64,000 nucleotides of DNA, from the NCBI RefSeq assembly GCF_964194155.1, contig NC_135899.1, forward strand, positions 2,790,001 to 2,854,000, in the 5' to 3' direction. Each line of letters starts with the position of its first letter. Position 1 is the first letter of the stretch. Below, in pieces: positions 38,061 to 49,702 of the stretch. This DNA comes from Cetorhinus maximus (taxonomy: Eukaryota). A model generated the notes under the pieces. That model saw only the letters and a program-made list of their open reading frames with translations. It was not told the DNA's origin and searched no databases. A program made the position numbers and the translations under genes.

Positions 38061-39274
38061 ACGCTCGCTGTGCTACAACCATTTGTGGTTCGGGTGTTGG
38101 GTGGTTTGAAAAACACTTTTCGGCACAAGTGAAACAGAAACTGCTGGTGAAAACTGAAATGTTCACACTTGTTTCCCTCTCTCCGCCGATGCTGAGTATT
38201 TCCAGCATCTTCTGTTTTTTTTTGGTTCCCCGCGGAGAGACGAGAAACAGGAGTGAACATTTCAGTTGTCACCAGACCTCATCAGCCCGAAGCTCCTGGT
38301 TTCTCTTTCCACCGAATCTGAGTATTTCCAACATTTTCTCTTTTTGGTTCAGATTTCCAGCGTCGACAGTTTTGCATTTGGCGTAATAAGTAGCACCGTT
38401 AAGCAACCCCAACCTCATCCTCACTACCACTCACCCTCCAGCCCCTACCCAACATGCCCCACTAAGTTAAACTTTGGTGTGGAGATCTTTGGGGACTGCA
38501 ATGTGTTTCAGAAGGCTGAACCAGTTAGGAGTTCAAAACTAAGCAAGACAACCTTGGTGCAAATAGTTTAATCATGCCTGCAATTTAGCTTATAGACTTA
38601 TAGAATCATGTAACACAGAAGGAGAATGCCTATATCACCACTTCACAAGAGTTGTCAAATTAGTTCACGCTCCAGTTCTTTTCCCCAATTCTTTTTCCCA
38701 TGATTTAATCCCCCGATTCAGCAGTGCATTCCAGATTACAACAATTCACTGCATAATAAAATGCCTCCTCATTTCCCTCTGGTTTGTTTGTCAGTAACCT
38801 TAATCAAGAAAATAGCTGGCTTTCTTTAACTGTACATCATTTTCTGATTCCAGATAGTGAAACAGCAGCCTGCATTGCATTCAGAACTCCAACCATTTTT
38901 ACTTTCTTAGTGGGGTAAAATTGGACTGGGGTGGGATACAAAACAAGATATTTATTATGTTGGCCATCAGTCATATACCCAGCCACATTCCATTGACTTC
39001 AATTTAGAATTGAATAAAAACTTTTTGATTAATGGCTGACAAATGCAATTTAGCCAGCTTTGCCTCCCTGGTCAGGTCCAATTTCGCCCTTGGTGGCTTC
39101 TGTAGCTGAAAAGAATTGTTGCTCATCCAAGACTGCTGTTGGACAAACAAACTGGCAACATAGGCAATGGAGAGTTCGTCAGTCATACTAACGAGTTGCC
39201 AGGTGCCATCAGTGCAAATTTGTCAACTGACCCCCATAACTGTGAATGCTGTTACCAAGGGGCAACATGTAGAT

Positions 39275-39615
39275 GAAGAAGATGCACTGCAGCAACTCAC
39301 CAAGGCTCTTTCAACAGCACCTTCCAACCCCTTGGCCTATACCTCCTAGAAGGACAAGGGCAGCAGATGCATGGGAACATCACCTCCAAGCCACACACCA
39401 TCCTGACTTGGGAAATATATCGCCGTTCCTTCACTGTCGCTGGGTCAAAATCTTGGTACTCCTTTCCTAACAGCACTGTGGGTGTACCTACACCACATGG
39501 ACTGCAGCGGTTCAAGAAGGCAGCTCACCACCAGCTTCTCAATGGCAATTAGGGTTGGTTAATAAATGCTGGCCTAGCCAGAGATGCCCACTCCCTGTGA
39601 ATGAATTCAAACAAA
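39275..39615 (+). mobile_element. Second LINE family 3' end; another copy at about 57260-57600
   Basis: Matches 54460-54825. Confidence 0.75.
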
Positions 39616-40819
39616 AATGGATCCTTGGATGACTCCTGAGTCAACAGGACAGTGCAAGGATGGGAAGAGACCAAGTTGTAGAGCAGCAGTGTCTGTATTC
39701 ACATAGGTAAGAGTAGATACAATAGAGAGCAGTCCCCTACTGAGCTGGACAATGGAAACAAGGTACTGATGAAGGGTGATGGTCATTATAATATTTATTA
39801 AGGCTGTGAATCATTGTCATAAAACTTTACAACCCTTGAATACAATTAAACTTGGCCAGAAACCTGACTGCAACAGGCCCATGTGGTGACATTCAGGTTG
39901 AATATGCCCCAAGCTGTTAATACCAACTTCATTCCCTGTCTAGTCACTAGCTCAGGTGAAACAGGCTTTTCTCAACCCTAGCTGAGCTTCCAACTACAGA
40001 AACCTTCCATCAGCAATGTATCTGATCATGTATCTGTAAGCCTGATGTAAAGGGTATGATGGAATGCTCATCATTAGCTTGGATGGATGCAGCATAAGAA
40101 ACCGAAAACTGTAAGGAAAACGCCAATTCAGCCTGAACAGAGCCCAGACTACTGATTCAGTATCTAAGGCAGGGCACTGTTGCTGTAGCCTGTACTATCA
40201 ACTAGATGCACATCACCTGCCTCCCATCCCTGTGACCTACCATATGATAAAACAGCAATATCATGGGAATATCAGCACCCTCCTGTTCCCTTCAAAACCA
40301 CACACCACTGGCCATTCATCATAACCGGTTAAAAATCCAGGAATTCCCTAATTAATGCCACCAAGGGAATACCATCATCACAAGGATTCGAGGAAAAAGT
40401 TTTTCATCACAGCCTCAGAGTAAGGAGGGATGGACAATTAAAATGGGGCTTTGCTGTATCGCCTGCATTCTGTGAACAAATAAAATATAACGTTGAGGAA
40501 GTCAAGAGGTAACAACAATGTAAGAAAGAACTCCCATGTACATAGCCCCTTTTCACATCCACAGAGCATCCGAATGAATTAAAGTGAAGTCACTGCTATT
40601 TTTGTAGAGAAACAATAGCCAATTTGCCCACAGGAGGATCCTACAAACAGTAATAAAATGATCTGTTTTACTGACCAGGGCACCAGGACAATTTCTCTGC
40701 TTTTTTATCAAATGGGATCATTTGCATTCACCTAAACAGACAGTGCTTCAGTTCAATGTCTCATCAACAATACATCACCACCATCAATGCAGCACTCCCT
40801 CAATACTGCACAGAGGGCT

Positions 40820-43085
40820 TGGTCTGAACTGGCAAATTAGGTTAAGGGATAGGTCAACAGAGATGCAGCAGAAAACTTTTAAGGGGGTATTTCAGAATAC
40901 ACATAATAAGTACATTCCAAAGAGTAAGAAAAAGTCCAAGGGATGAACCGCCGTGGTTAACTTGAAAGGTTAAAGATAGTATCAAACTTTAAGAAAAAGT
41001 ATATATTTGTACAAAGATAGGCGGAAGGCCAGAAGATTGGACAGAATATAAGGACAGCAAAGGATGACTAAAAGGTTAATAAGGAGGGAAAAATTAGAGT
41101 ACGAGAGAAAGCTAACCAGAAATATAAAAACAGGCAGTAAATATAAATGTTTCTTGAAAAACGAGTTAACAAAGTGAGAATTGGTCCTATAGAAAGTGAG
41201 TCTGGAGAATTGATAATGGAAAACAAGGAAATGGCAGATGAATTGAACAGGTATTTTGCATCAGTCTTCGCTATAGAGGATACAAGTAACAGCCCAGAAG
41301 CAGCTATAAATCAGGAAATGGAAAGTAGGGATGGACTCAGGTAAATTACAATCACCAGACAAGTGGTACTGAATAAATTGTTGGAGCTGCGGGCTAACAA
41401 GTCCCTGGGCCCTGATGGACTTCATCCTAGGGTCTTAAAAGAAGTGGCTAGTGAGATAGTTGATGCATTAGTTTTAATTTTACAAAACTCCATAGATTCG
41501 GGGAAGATCCCATTAGATTGTAAGGTAGAAAATGTAACTCCATTATTCAAAAAGGAATGGAGACAGAAATCAGGAAACTACAGGCCAGTTAGCTTAACAT
41601 CTGTCTTAGGGAAAATGCTGGAAGTTATAGTAGGGCACTTGGTTAAGTTCAAGGTAATCAGGCAGAGTCAGCATGGTTTTATGAAAGGGAAATCATGTTT
41701 AGCCAACTTATTGGAGATCTTTGAGGGAGTAACATGTGTTGTGGATAAAGGGAAACCGGTGGATGTGCTATACTTAGATTTCCAGAAGATGTTTGATAAA
41801 GTGCCACTTCAAAGGTTATTGCGGAAAATAAAAGTTCATGGTATAGTGGGTAACACATTGGGATGGATAGAAGATTGGCTGGCTAACAGGAAGTACAGTG
41901 TAGGCATAAATGGGCCTCCTTCAGGTTGGCAAAGTGTAACAAGTGGTGTGCCACAGGGATCAGTGCTGGGACCTCAGCTGTTTACAATTTATATGAATGA
42001 CTTGGATGAAGGGATGGATGGGATGGTTTCCAAATTTGCTGACCGACACAAAGATATGTAGAAAAATAAGTTGTAAAGAGGACATGAGGAGGCTATAAAG
42101 TGACATAGATAGGTTAAGTGAGTTGGCAAATGAAGTATAATGTGGGAAAATGTGAAATTGTCCATTTTGGAAGGGAGAATACAAGAGAAGCATATTATCT
42201 AAATGGTGAGAGTTTGCAGAGCTCTGAGATGCAGAAGGATCTGGGTGTCTTAGTGCATGAATCGTAAAAGGCTAGTATGCAGTTACAGCAAATGATAAGA
42301 AAGCTAATAGAATGTTACCATTCATTATGAGGGGAATTGAATACTGAAGTAGGGCGGTTATGCTTCAGTTGTACAGGGCACTAGTAAGGCCACATTTGGA
42401 GTACTATGTACAGTATTGGTCAGCTGATTTAAGGAAGGATGTAAATCCATTGGAAGTAGTTCAGAAAAGGTTTAACAGACTAATACCTGGAGTTAGTGCT
42501 GGTCACATTGGGACAGACTGGATTGGAGCAGAACCAAATGAAAGCAACGAAGTGCAGGCAGACTACAAAAGATGGCAGAGGAGGATGGAGAAAATAATGT
42601 TATGGTGCCTCGAAAGGTGTCAAAGAGGGATTGCGTACGGCAGTTGAACAGTTAGAAACAATACATTTGGTAACCTTGCCCAGGCCAAAGGGTAGAAGAA
42701 TAAGAGGCGACTTAATTGAAACATAAAAGATCCTGAGGGGACTTGACAGGGTGGATGTGGAGAGGATGTTTCCTCTTGTGGGAGGATCTAGAATTAGGGG
42801 TCACTGTTTAAAAAAAGTTAAAACGGAGATGAAGTGATTTTTTTTCTCTCAGGGGTTCGTAAGTCTTTGGAACTCTCTTCCTGAGAAGGTGGTGGAAGCA
42901 GAGCCTTTGAATATTTTTAAGGCAGAGGTGGATAGATTCTTGATAAGCAAGGGGATCATAGATTACCGGAGTTGGTGGGATGCAGATTTCAGGTCACTAT
43001 CAGATCAGCCATGATCTTTTAAATGGCAGATCAGGCTCGAGGGGCCGAATGGCCTACTGCTGCTCCTTTTTTGTATGTTCGTATC
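40820..43085 (+). mobile_element. CR1 LINE, 2.2-kb decayed ORF2
   Basis: GPDGLHPRVLKE, NYRPVSLTS, YLDFQK, GVPQGSVLGP. Confidence 0.92.
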
Positions 43086-44160
43086 CTCCCTATGAGCAAG
43101 TCTTGAACTTCTTGATTCAGAGGTCAAGGTGCAACTACCAATGAACCAAGTTGGTAAAAGTGTGGAGAAGGGTCCCTTTCAACAGAAGTAGTAGAAAGGA
43201 AGGAGCTGAAACAGTAACGGGGAAAATATATGATAGGGTTTGAAGCACAGCTCAGGGAAAAACATGACATAGGGTTCAAGGTGAACAAGCTGCCAAGCTG
43301 GGCTGAAACGGGGGCTAAGGAACTATTCTTACTGGGAGCCAAACAGAACTGGCCTTGGTGTAAAAGCTGTAGAAAGTTTGCAGTAATATAGAGATACATC
43401 TTGGTGGCACAAACAGACACATGGAAGTTGGCAGACACATCGAAGGATGATGCCAATGAGATGAAACGTGTGTCCATGTAGCTTGAATTACCCACAACCA
43501 GGAAAAAGATATTGGACTTAGTGCTGGTCGCGTTGGGACAGACTGGATTGGAGCAGAACCAAATGAGGGCAACGCAGTGCAGCCAGACTACAAAAGATGG
43601 CAGAGGAGGACGGAGAAAATAATGATGTGGCGCCTCGAAAGGTGTCAAGGAGAGATTGTATACCGCAGTTAAAGTTAGAAACAATGCCTTTGGTAACCTT
43701 GCCCAGGGTGAACTCAATGCTGGGGGAGGGGTTGAACGCTTTTAAATCAGGAATAGCCCTAGGGTACGGTGGTGAAGATTCATTTGAAGACCTTGAAGAA
43801 GGAATGAAAGATAGAGAAATAACAGTAGCTCCCTGGTGTGCTCTGAATGCCTTTCCAAAGTGTTCATTATAGCAGACAGCCTCACGGTGTGGGCAAAGAG
43901 CTAAAACTAAATGAAGTTCACAGGGAAGCAGAAAATCCCTCCTCAAGTCTAACAATATAAAGGTACATTTTGGTGGCAAATGGTTCCTCAGAAATTGCCA
44001 TTAATTAACCGGTTTTGAGGCATATTTTCAGCCCAGTTTGAGCTTATTCAAGTTTTTCATGGGTATTTTTTTAGCGGTTTAATTGTTGCACATGCGCCGC
44101 TTTGAAAATTCAAATGAACCCAACAGCCAACGGTCAACCGTTTGTGACATCGCCGGACAG

Positions 44161-44235
44161 CTCATTTGCATATAAGGATTGAAAATGCAACCCCGGCGGT
44201 AGCCAATCAGAAATCAGCGTTGTTTAAACCAATGG
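44161..44235 (+). promoter_or_regulatory. Orphan octamer/CCAAT cluster before the assembly gap
   Basis: CTCATTTGCAT at 44161, AGCCAATCAG at 44201, ACCAATGG at 44228. Confidence 0.5.
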
Positions 44236-44359
44236 CGTTGCAATACGTTGAATGAGGTGGGTTCAGTTATTTCAACCAGGCAGCGTTAATCCGAAAGTCA
44301 AACTTGGTTCACTTGAATCTATCAGTTTGGAGACAGGCCAATATATTGAATGGAATAAA

Positions 44360-44559
44360 NNNNNNNNNNNNNNNNNNNNNNNNNNNNNNNNNNNNNNNNN
44401 NNNNNNNNNNNNNNNNNNNNNNNNNNNNNNNNNNNNNNNNNNNNNNNNNNNNNNNNNNNNNNNNNNNNNNNNNNNNNNNNNNNNNNNNNNNNNNNNNNNN
44501 NNNNNNNNNNNNNNNNNNNNNNNNNNNNNNNNNNNNNNNNNNNNNNNNNNNNNNNNNNN
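44360..44559. other. Assembly gap (200 N)
   Basis: Run of N. Confidence 1.
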
Positions 44560-44894
44560 AATTTCACTTGTGGAAATTTCACTCTCGCTACTGGGTTTCG
44601 CCTCTTCCTCATCAAAAGGATGATTATTAATCAGTCGGGCAGCATGGTCACCGGCTTTGAAATCGCATCACTCTGACACCGCTGGTACCAGTGATGACTG
44701 CATTTCACATCATGCGGGAACTTGTGCGCAGGTGCAGACCGGGCGGGGCCGCACATGCGCGGTTCAGCCTTTTTCCCTGTGCTTTGTGCCCAGCGCGCCT
44801 GCGCAACAAGAAAAAGGGCGCGAAAACAAGGGTCAGGTGACCGGGAGCCCAGCGTCATCAAAAGCAAGTGTCCCAGACAGGAAGAGGGGGGCAG

Positions 44895-45812
44895 AGAGAG
44901 GTCCCCAAAGGAAAGGAAGATAGGGAGAGGTCCCAAAGGGCGAGGGGAGGTCCCAAAGGGAGAGGGGAGGTCCCAAAGGGAGAGGGGAGGTCCCAAAGGG
45001 AGAGGAGAGGTCCCAAAGGGAGAGGAGAGGTCCCAAAGGGAGAGGGGGGTAGGGAGAGTAGGGTAGGGAGAGGTCCCAAAGGGAGAGGGGGGTAGGGAGA
45101 GGTCCCAAAGGGAGAGGGGGGTAGGGAGAGGTCCCAAAGGGAGAGGGGGGTAGGGAGAGGTCCCAAAGGGAGAGGGGGGTAGGGAGAGGTCCCAAAGGGA
45201 GAGGGGGGTAGGGAGAGGTCCCAAAGGGAGAGGGGGGTAGGGAGAGGTCCCAAAGGGAGAGGGGGGTAGGGAGAGGTCCCAAAGGGAGAGGGGGGTAGGG
45301 AGAGGTCCCAAAGGGAGAGAGGGGTAGGGAGAGGTCCCAAAGGGAGAGGGGGTAGGGAGAGGTCCCAAAGGGAGAGGTCCCAAAGGGAGAGGGGGGTAGG
45401 GAGAGGTCCCAAAGGGAGAGGGGGGTAGGGAGAGGTCCCAAAGGGAGAGGGGGGTAGGGAGAAGTCCCAAAGGGAGAGGGGGGTAGGGAGAGGTCCCAAA
45501 GGGAGAGGGGGGTAGGGAGAGGTCCCAAAGGGAGAGGGGCGTAGGGAGATGTCCCAAAGGGAGAGGGGAGTAGGGAGAGGTCCCAAAGGGAGAGGGGGGT
45601 AGGGAGAGGTCCCAAAGGGAGAGGGGGGGTAGGGAGAGGTCCCAAAGGGAGAGGGGGGGTAGGGAGAGGTCCCAAAGGGAGAGGGGGTAGGGAGAGGTCC
45701 CAAAGGGAGAGGGGGGGGCGTAGGGAGAGGTCCCAAGGGGAGAGGGGGTAGGGAGAGGTCCCAAAGGGAGAGGGGGGTAGGGAGAGGTCCCAAAGGGGAG
45801 AGGGGGGTAGGG
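44895..45812 (+). repeat. G-rich minisatellite, about 29-nt GGGAGAGGTCCCAAAGGGAGAGGGGGGTA; then four ~26-nt GC-box units to 45945
   Basis: Visible tandem array. Confidence 0.97.
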
Positions 45813-46012
45813 AAAAAGGAGCGCGTCTGGAGGGTGATGGGGATGCGCGCCGGGAGGGGGGGCGGGTACGCGCGCCGGGAGAGGGGGGCGGGTACGCGCG
45901 CCGGGAGAGGGGGGCGGGGACGCGCGCCGGGAGAGGGGGGCGGGGAGGTCTCGCCTCTCTCACGTCCGCCTTGAGGGTTGAAGGCGCCGCCTCCCCCGCA
46001 GGAGTCGCCGAG

Positions 46013-46681
46013 ATGGCTTCGGGCGACCTGCTCGAAGGCCCCTCCCGAGGCAGGAAGGTGAGGAGGCGGAGGAGCCCGGCCAAGGTGTGGCAGGGGGCGC
46101 CGGCGGCGGCGGGGGGAGCGCCCACCATGGCCGCCCACATCCTGGAGGTGGTGGCGTCTTCCCGGGAGCGCCGCGGCCTCTCGCTGGCCGGCGTCAAGAA
46201 GGCGCTGTCGGCCGCCGGCTACGATGTGCCGCGGATCAACTCGCGGGTGAACCAGGCGGTCCGGGGCCTGGTCACCGAGGGTTCGCTGCTGCAGACGGCG
46301 GGCACCGGGGCCTCGGGCTCCTTCAGGATCAACCGGCAGCACCTGGACGGCCAGAGCCGCCCGGCGGCCGCCGCCGCTGCTCCGACACCCAAAGCCCGGG
46401 GCCGGCGGGGGAGACCGGCCGCCGGCCGCAAGGGGAAGATGAAGAGGAGCCCGGCCCGGGTGAAGGTGAAGAAGCCGAAGCCGGGCGGCCGGAGCAAGGG
46501 CGGCGCCGGCCCGAGGAAAGTCTCCAAGGGCAGCGGCGTCCGGAGGCCGCGCGGGCGGCCCCGGAAAGTGGCCAAGGAGCCGGCGCCAGGGGCTGATCCG
46601 GCCGCCCGGGGAGAGGAAGGTGAACCAGGGGCCGGAGCTGAGAACATCCCCGGGGGAACCGGACAAGGAGCAAAACGGTGA
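46013..46681 (+). CDS. H1: Arg-rich H1-like protein D with AT-hook (222 aa)
   Basis: PTMAAHILEVV..ERRGLSLAGVKKALSAAGYDV..GSLLQTAGTGASGSFRI; RRPRGRPRK in the tail. Confidence 0.92.
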   Translation: MASGDLLEGPSRGRKVRRRRSPAKVWQGAPAAAGGAPTMAAHILEVVASSRERRGLSLAGVKKALSAAGYDVPRINSRVNQAVRGLVTEGSLLQTAGTGASGSFRINRQHLDGQSRPAAAAAAPTPKARGRRGRPAAGRKGKMKRSPARVKVKKPKPGGRSKGGAGPRKVSKGSGVRRPRGRPRKVAKEPAPGADPAARGEEGEPGAGAENIPGGTGQGAKR

Positions 46682-46745
46682 AGGAGGGAAAATAAAAAAA
46701 CATCCGAGTGGAGAAAATATCCACCTGCAAAAATACAGAAAAAAA

Positions 46746-46761
46746 GGCTCTTTTCAGAGCC
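46746..46761 (+). terminator. Histone stem-loop
   Basis: GGCTCTTTTCAGAGCC. Confidence 0.95.
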
Positions 46762-47372
46762 ACCGACTCCTTCAGGAAAAAGGGAAATGACCGAAAATCC
46801 CCGCGATGGTCAAATATAAAAATAAAAACCCCAATAACACAGACGGTGGAAAACTAATGAAAATAGTGAAAACACTCGGCATCTGCGGACAGGGGAAGTT
46901 AGAAACTTGGACATGGAGGTGAAATCGGGGGGAGGATGGGACAGAAAAACAAGAGGCAAATCTGATCCTGTCTCCGGGAGGGAGACGGGAGAAAACAGCG
47001 AGAAAAATAAAGAAACTACAGGTGGGGAATGTGGATGGTGGCGGGGGGATTATTTTCACACCCAGTTGTTGTGGCCTGGAAGCAAATTCAATCTTCGCTT
47101 TCACAAGGGAATTAATTGGGTTAAAAACAAAAAAAACACTGGAAGGGTCAATAAATTGCTGCGTTTTGCGGGGGCGAAACCCGGAATAGCGCAGCTTGGA
47201 TATAAAAAATAATAAAATGCTGGAAAAACTCAGCAGGTCCGACAGCTTCTGTGGAGAGAGAGAGAGAGATACAGAGATAACGTTACCAGTTCGTGTGAAC
47301 CTTCAGAAGAGAAATTTGATGGACCTTTCAAAGAGTTGTCACAGTATTGATTTCTGCATCTGGAGAGGAATC

Positions 47373-48547
47373 TGGAATGGGGCAGGGGGTTTGTGTAACT
47401 GGGGAGGGGGTGGAATGGGGCAGGGGGTTTGTGTAACTGGGGAGGGGGATGAAATGGGGCAGGGGTTTTGTGTAACTGGGGAGGGGGGTGGAATGGGGCA
47501 GGGGGTTTGTGTAACTGGGGAGGGAGGTGGAATGGGGCAGGGGTTTTGTGTAACTGGGGAGGGGGGTGAAATGTGGAATGGGGCAGGGGGTTTGTGTAAC
47601 TGGGGAGGGGGGTGAAATGTGGAATGGGGCAGGGGTTTAGTGTAACTGGGGAGGGATGTGGAATGGGGCAGGGGTTTAGAGTAACTGGGGAGGGGGGTGG
47701 AATGGGAAATGGGGCAGAGGTTTTGTGTAACTGGGGAGGTTGGGTGTGGAATGGGGCAGAGGTTTAGTGTAACGGGAGGGGGGTGAAATGGGAATGGGGC
47801 AGGGGTTTAATGTAACTGGGGAGGGGGGTGAAATGGGAATGGGGCAGGGGTTTAGTGTAACTGGGGAGGGAGGTGGAATGGGGCAGGGGTTTAGTGTAAC
47901 TGGGGAGGGATGTGGAATGGGGCAGGGGTTTAGTGTAACTGGGGAGGAGGGTGAAATGGGAATGGGGCAGGGGTTTAGTGTAACTGGGGAGGGGGGTGAA
48001 ATGTGGAATGGGACAGGGGTTTTGTGTAACTGGGAAGGGGGGTGAAATGTGGAATGGGGCAGGGGTTTTGTGTAACTGGGAAGGGGGGTGAAATGTGGAA
48101 TGGGGCAGGGGTTTTGTGTAACTGGGAAGGGGGGTGAAATGTGGAATGGGGCAGAGGTTTAGTGTAACGGGAGGGGGGTGAAATGGGAATGGGGCAGGGG
48201 TTTAATGTAACTGGGGAGGGGGGTGAAATGGGAATGGGGCAGGGGTTTAGTGTAACTGGGGAGGGATGTGGAATGGGGCAGGGGTTTAGTGTAACTGGGG
48301 AGGAGGGTGAAATGGGAATGGGGCAGGGGTTTAGTGTAACTGGGGAGGGGGGTGAAATGTGGAATGGGACAGGGGTTTTGTGTAACTGGGAAGGGGGGTG
48401 AAATGTGGAATGGGGCAGGGGTTTAGTGTAACTGGGGAGGGATGTGGAATGGGGCAGGGGTTTAGTGTAACTGGGGAGGGATGTGGAATGGGGCAGGGGT
48501 TTAGTGTAACTGGGGAGGGAGGTGAAATGTGGAATGGGGTAGAGGTT
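47373..48547 (+). repeat. G-rich minisatellite, 38-46-nt GTGTAACTGGGGAGGGGGGTGAAATGTGGAATGGGGCAGGGGTTTA
   Basis: Visible tandem array with higher-order block repeat (47788 vs 48183). Confidence 0.97.
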
Positions 48548-48559
48548 TCTCCCAGAGCA

Positions 48560-48616
48560 GCCAATTGGAGTAGACAACCTGCAATCCTACATTAGCATAG
48601 CGCTGCCTATATATAA
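48560..48616 (+). promoter_or_regulatory. H2B-3 promoter
   Basis: GCCAATTGG, ATTAGCAT 48591-48598, TATATATAA 48608-48616. Confidence 0.8.
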
Positions 48617-48701
48617 GGAGGGGTTTCCATGCTGGGAAATAGTTGCTGCTGAGTGTCTCCGCAGGCGAACTGAATATTGAGGAGGATTTGAAGTGTTTGC
48701 A

Positions 48702-49109
48702 ATGCCGACCGCCGCCGTTTCCACCAGCGCCACGGCTGTCGGCGCCAAGGGCTCCCTCTCCAAGAAAGGCTCGAAGAAAACGGCGATGAAGATGTCCAGG
48801 AAGGGCGACAGGAAGCACAGGCGGAGCAGGAAGGAGAGTTACAGCATCTACATCTACAAGGTGCTGAAGCAAGTCCACCCGGACACCGGCATCTCCTCCA
48901 AGGCCATGAGCGTCATCAACTCGTTCGTCAGCGACATCTTCGAGCGGGTGGCCGGCGAGGCTTCCCGCCTGGTCCATTACACCAGGCGGCAGACTATCTC
49001 CTCCCGGGAGATCCAGAGCGCCGTCCGCCTCCTGCTGCCGGGGGAACTGGCCAAACACGCCGTCTCCGAGGGCACCAAGGCGGTCACCAAGTACACCAGC
49101 TCCAAGTAG
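48702..49109 (+). CDS. H2B: Histone H2B variant 3 with extended N-tail (135 aa)
   Basis: [17 protein letters not shown]..; histone fold intact. Confidence 0.96.
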   Translation: MPTAAVSTSATAVGAKGSLSKKGSKKTAMKMSRKGDRKHRRSRKESYSIYIYKVLKQVHPDTGISSKAMSVINSFVSDIFERVAGEASRLVHYTRRQTISSREIQSAVRLLLPGELAKHAVSEGTKAVTKYTSSK

Positions 49110-49135
49110 AGCTGCCAATAAAGAAACAAACAAAA

Positions 49136-49151
49136 GGCTCTTCTAAGAGCC
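49136..49151 (+). terminator. Histone stem-loop flanked by AATAAA signals
   Basis: GGCTCTTCTAAGAGCC; AATAAA at 49117 and 49179. Confidence 0.9.
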
Positions 49152-49433
49152 ACTTCACAAACTCCTTAAACAGCTATAAATAAATATAACAGCAAAGTGG
49201 ACACATTGAAGTCTGACTCAATAAGCAAAAACATCTCTGCCAATGATTCACACTCTAATAAAAGATAAATACTGCGGATGCTGGAGATCTGAAGTGATTT
49301 AAGGACAAACTTCACAAAAAATCCATGCAATTTAACCAAATTTGAGTCCCAGCAAACCTTGGGTTGAAGTTTTTTTAGGAATGGGTTACCATCCAGAGCC
49401 TGGAAAAACCTGCTGGTTCTCACTGCTTCAATT

Positions 49434-49702
49434 TCCCAGCAAGTTAAATAGGTATCGAGTGGGAATTAAAACAAAATGCTAGAAAAACTCAGCAGGTCTG
49501 GCAGCATCTCAAGAGAGAGGAGCAGAATTGGCGTTTCGAGTCCAATATGACATCGAAACAAAGAGTGAGAACCGAAGAAGAGTCATATTGGACTCGGAAG
49601 TGTTAACTCTGCTCCTCTCTCTTGAAATGCTGCCAGACATGCTGAGTTTTTCTAGTGTTTTCTGTTTTAATTCCCACTCGATACCTATTTAACTTGCTGG
49701 GA
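49434..49702. repeat. About 270-bp hairpin of Penelope pLTR arms plus mirrored flank
   Basis: TCCCAGCAAGTTAAATAGGTATCGAGTGGGAATTAAAAC ... GTTTTAATTCCCACTCGATACCTATTTAACTTGCTGGGA. Confidence 0.9.

Noticed and set aside
43124-43979. Overlapping 150-200 aa ORFs
   Set aside because: Broken frames with no clear motif; probably a decayed retroelement, family not assignable by eye
44631-46666. Pro/Leu-rich 377-602 aa minus-strand ORFs (also 47788-48595)
   Set aside because: Translations of G-rich minisatellites
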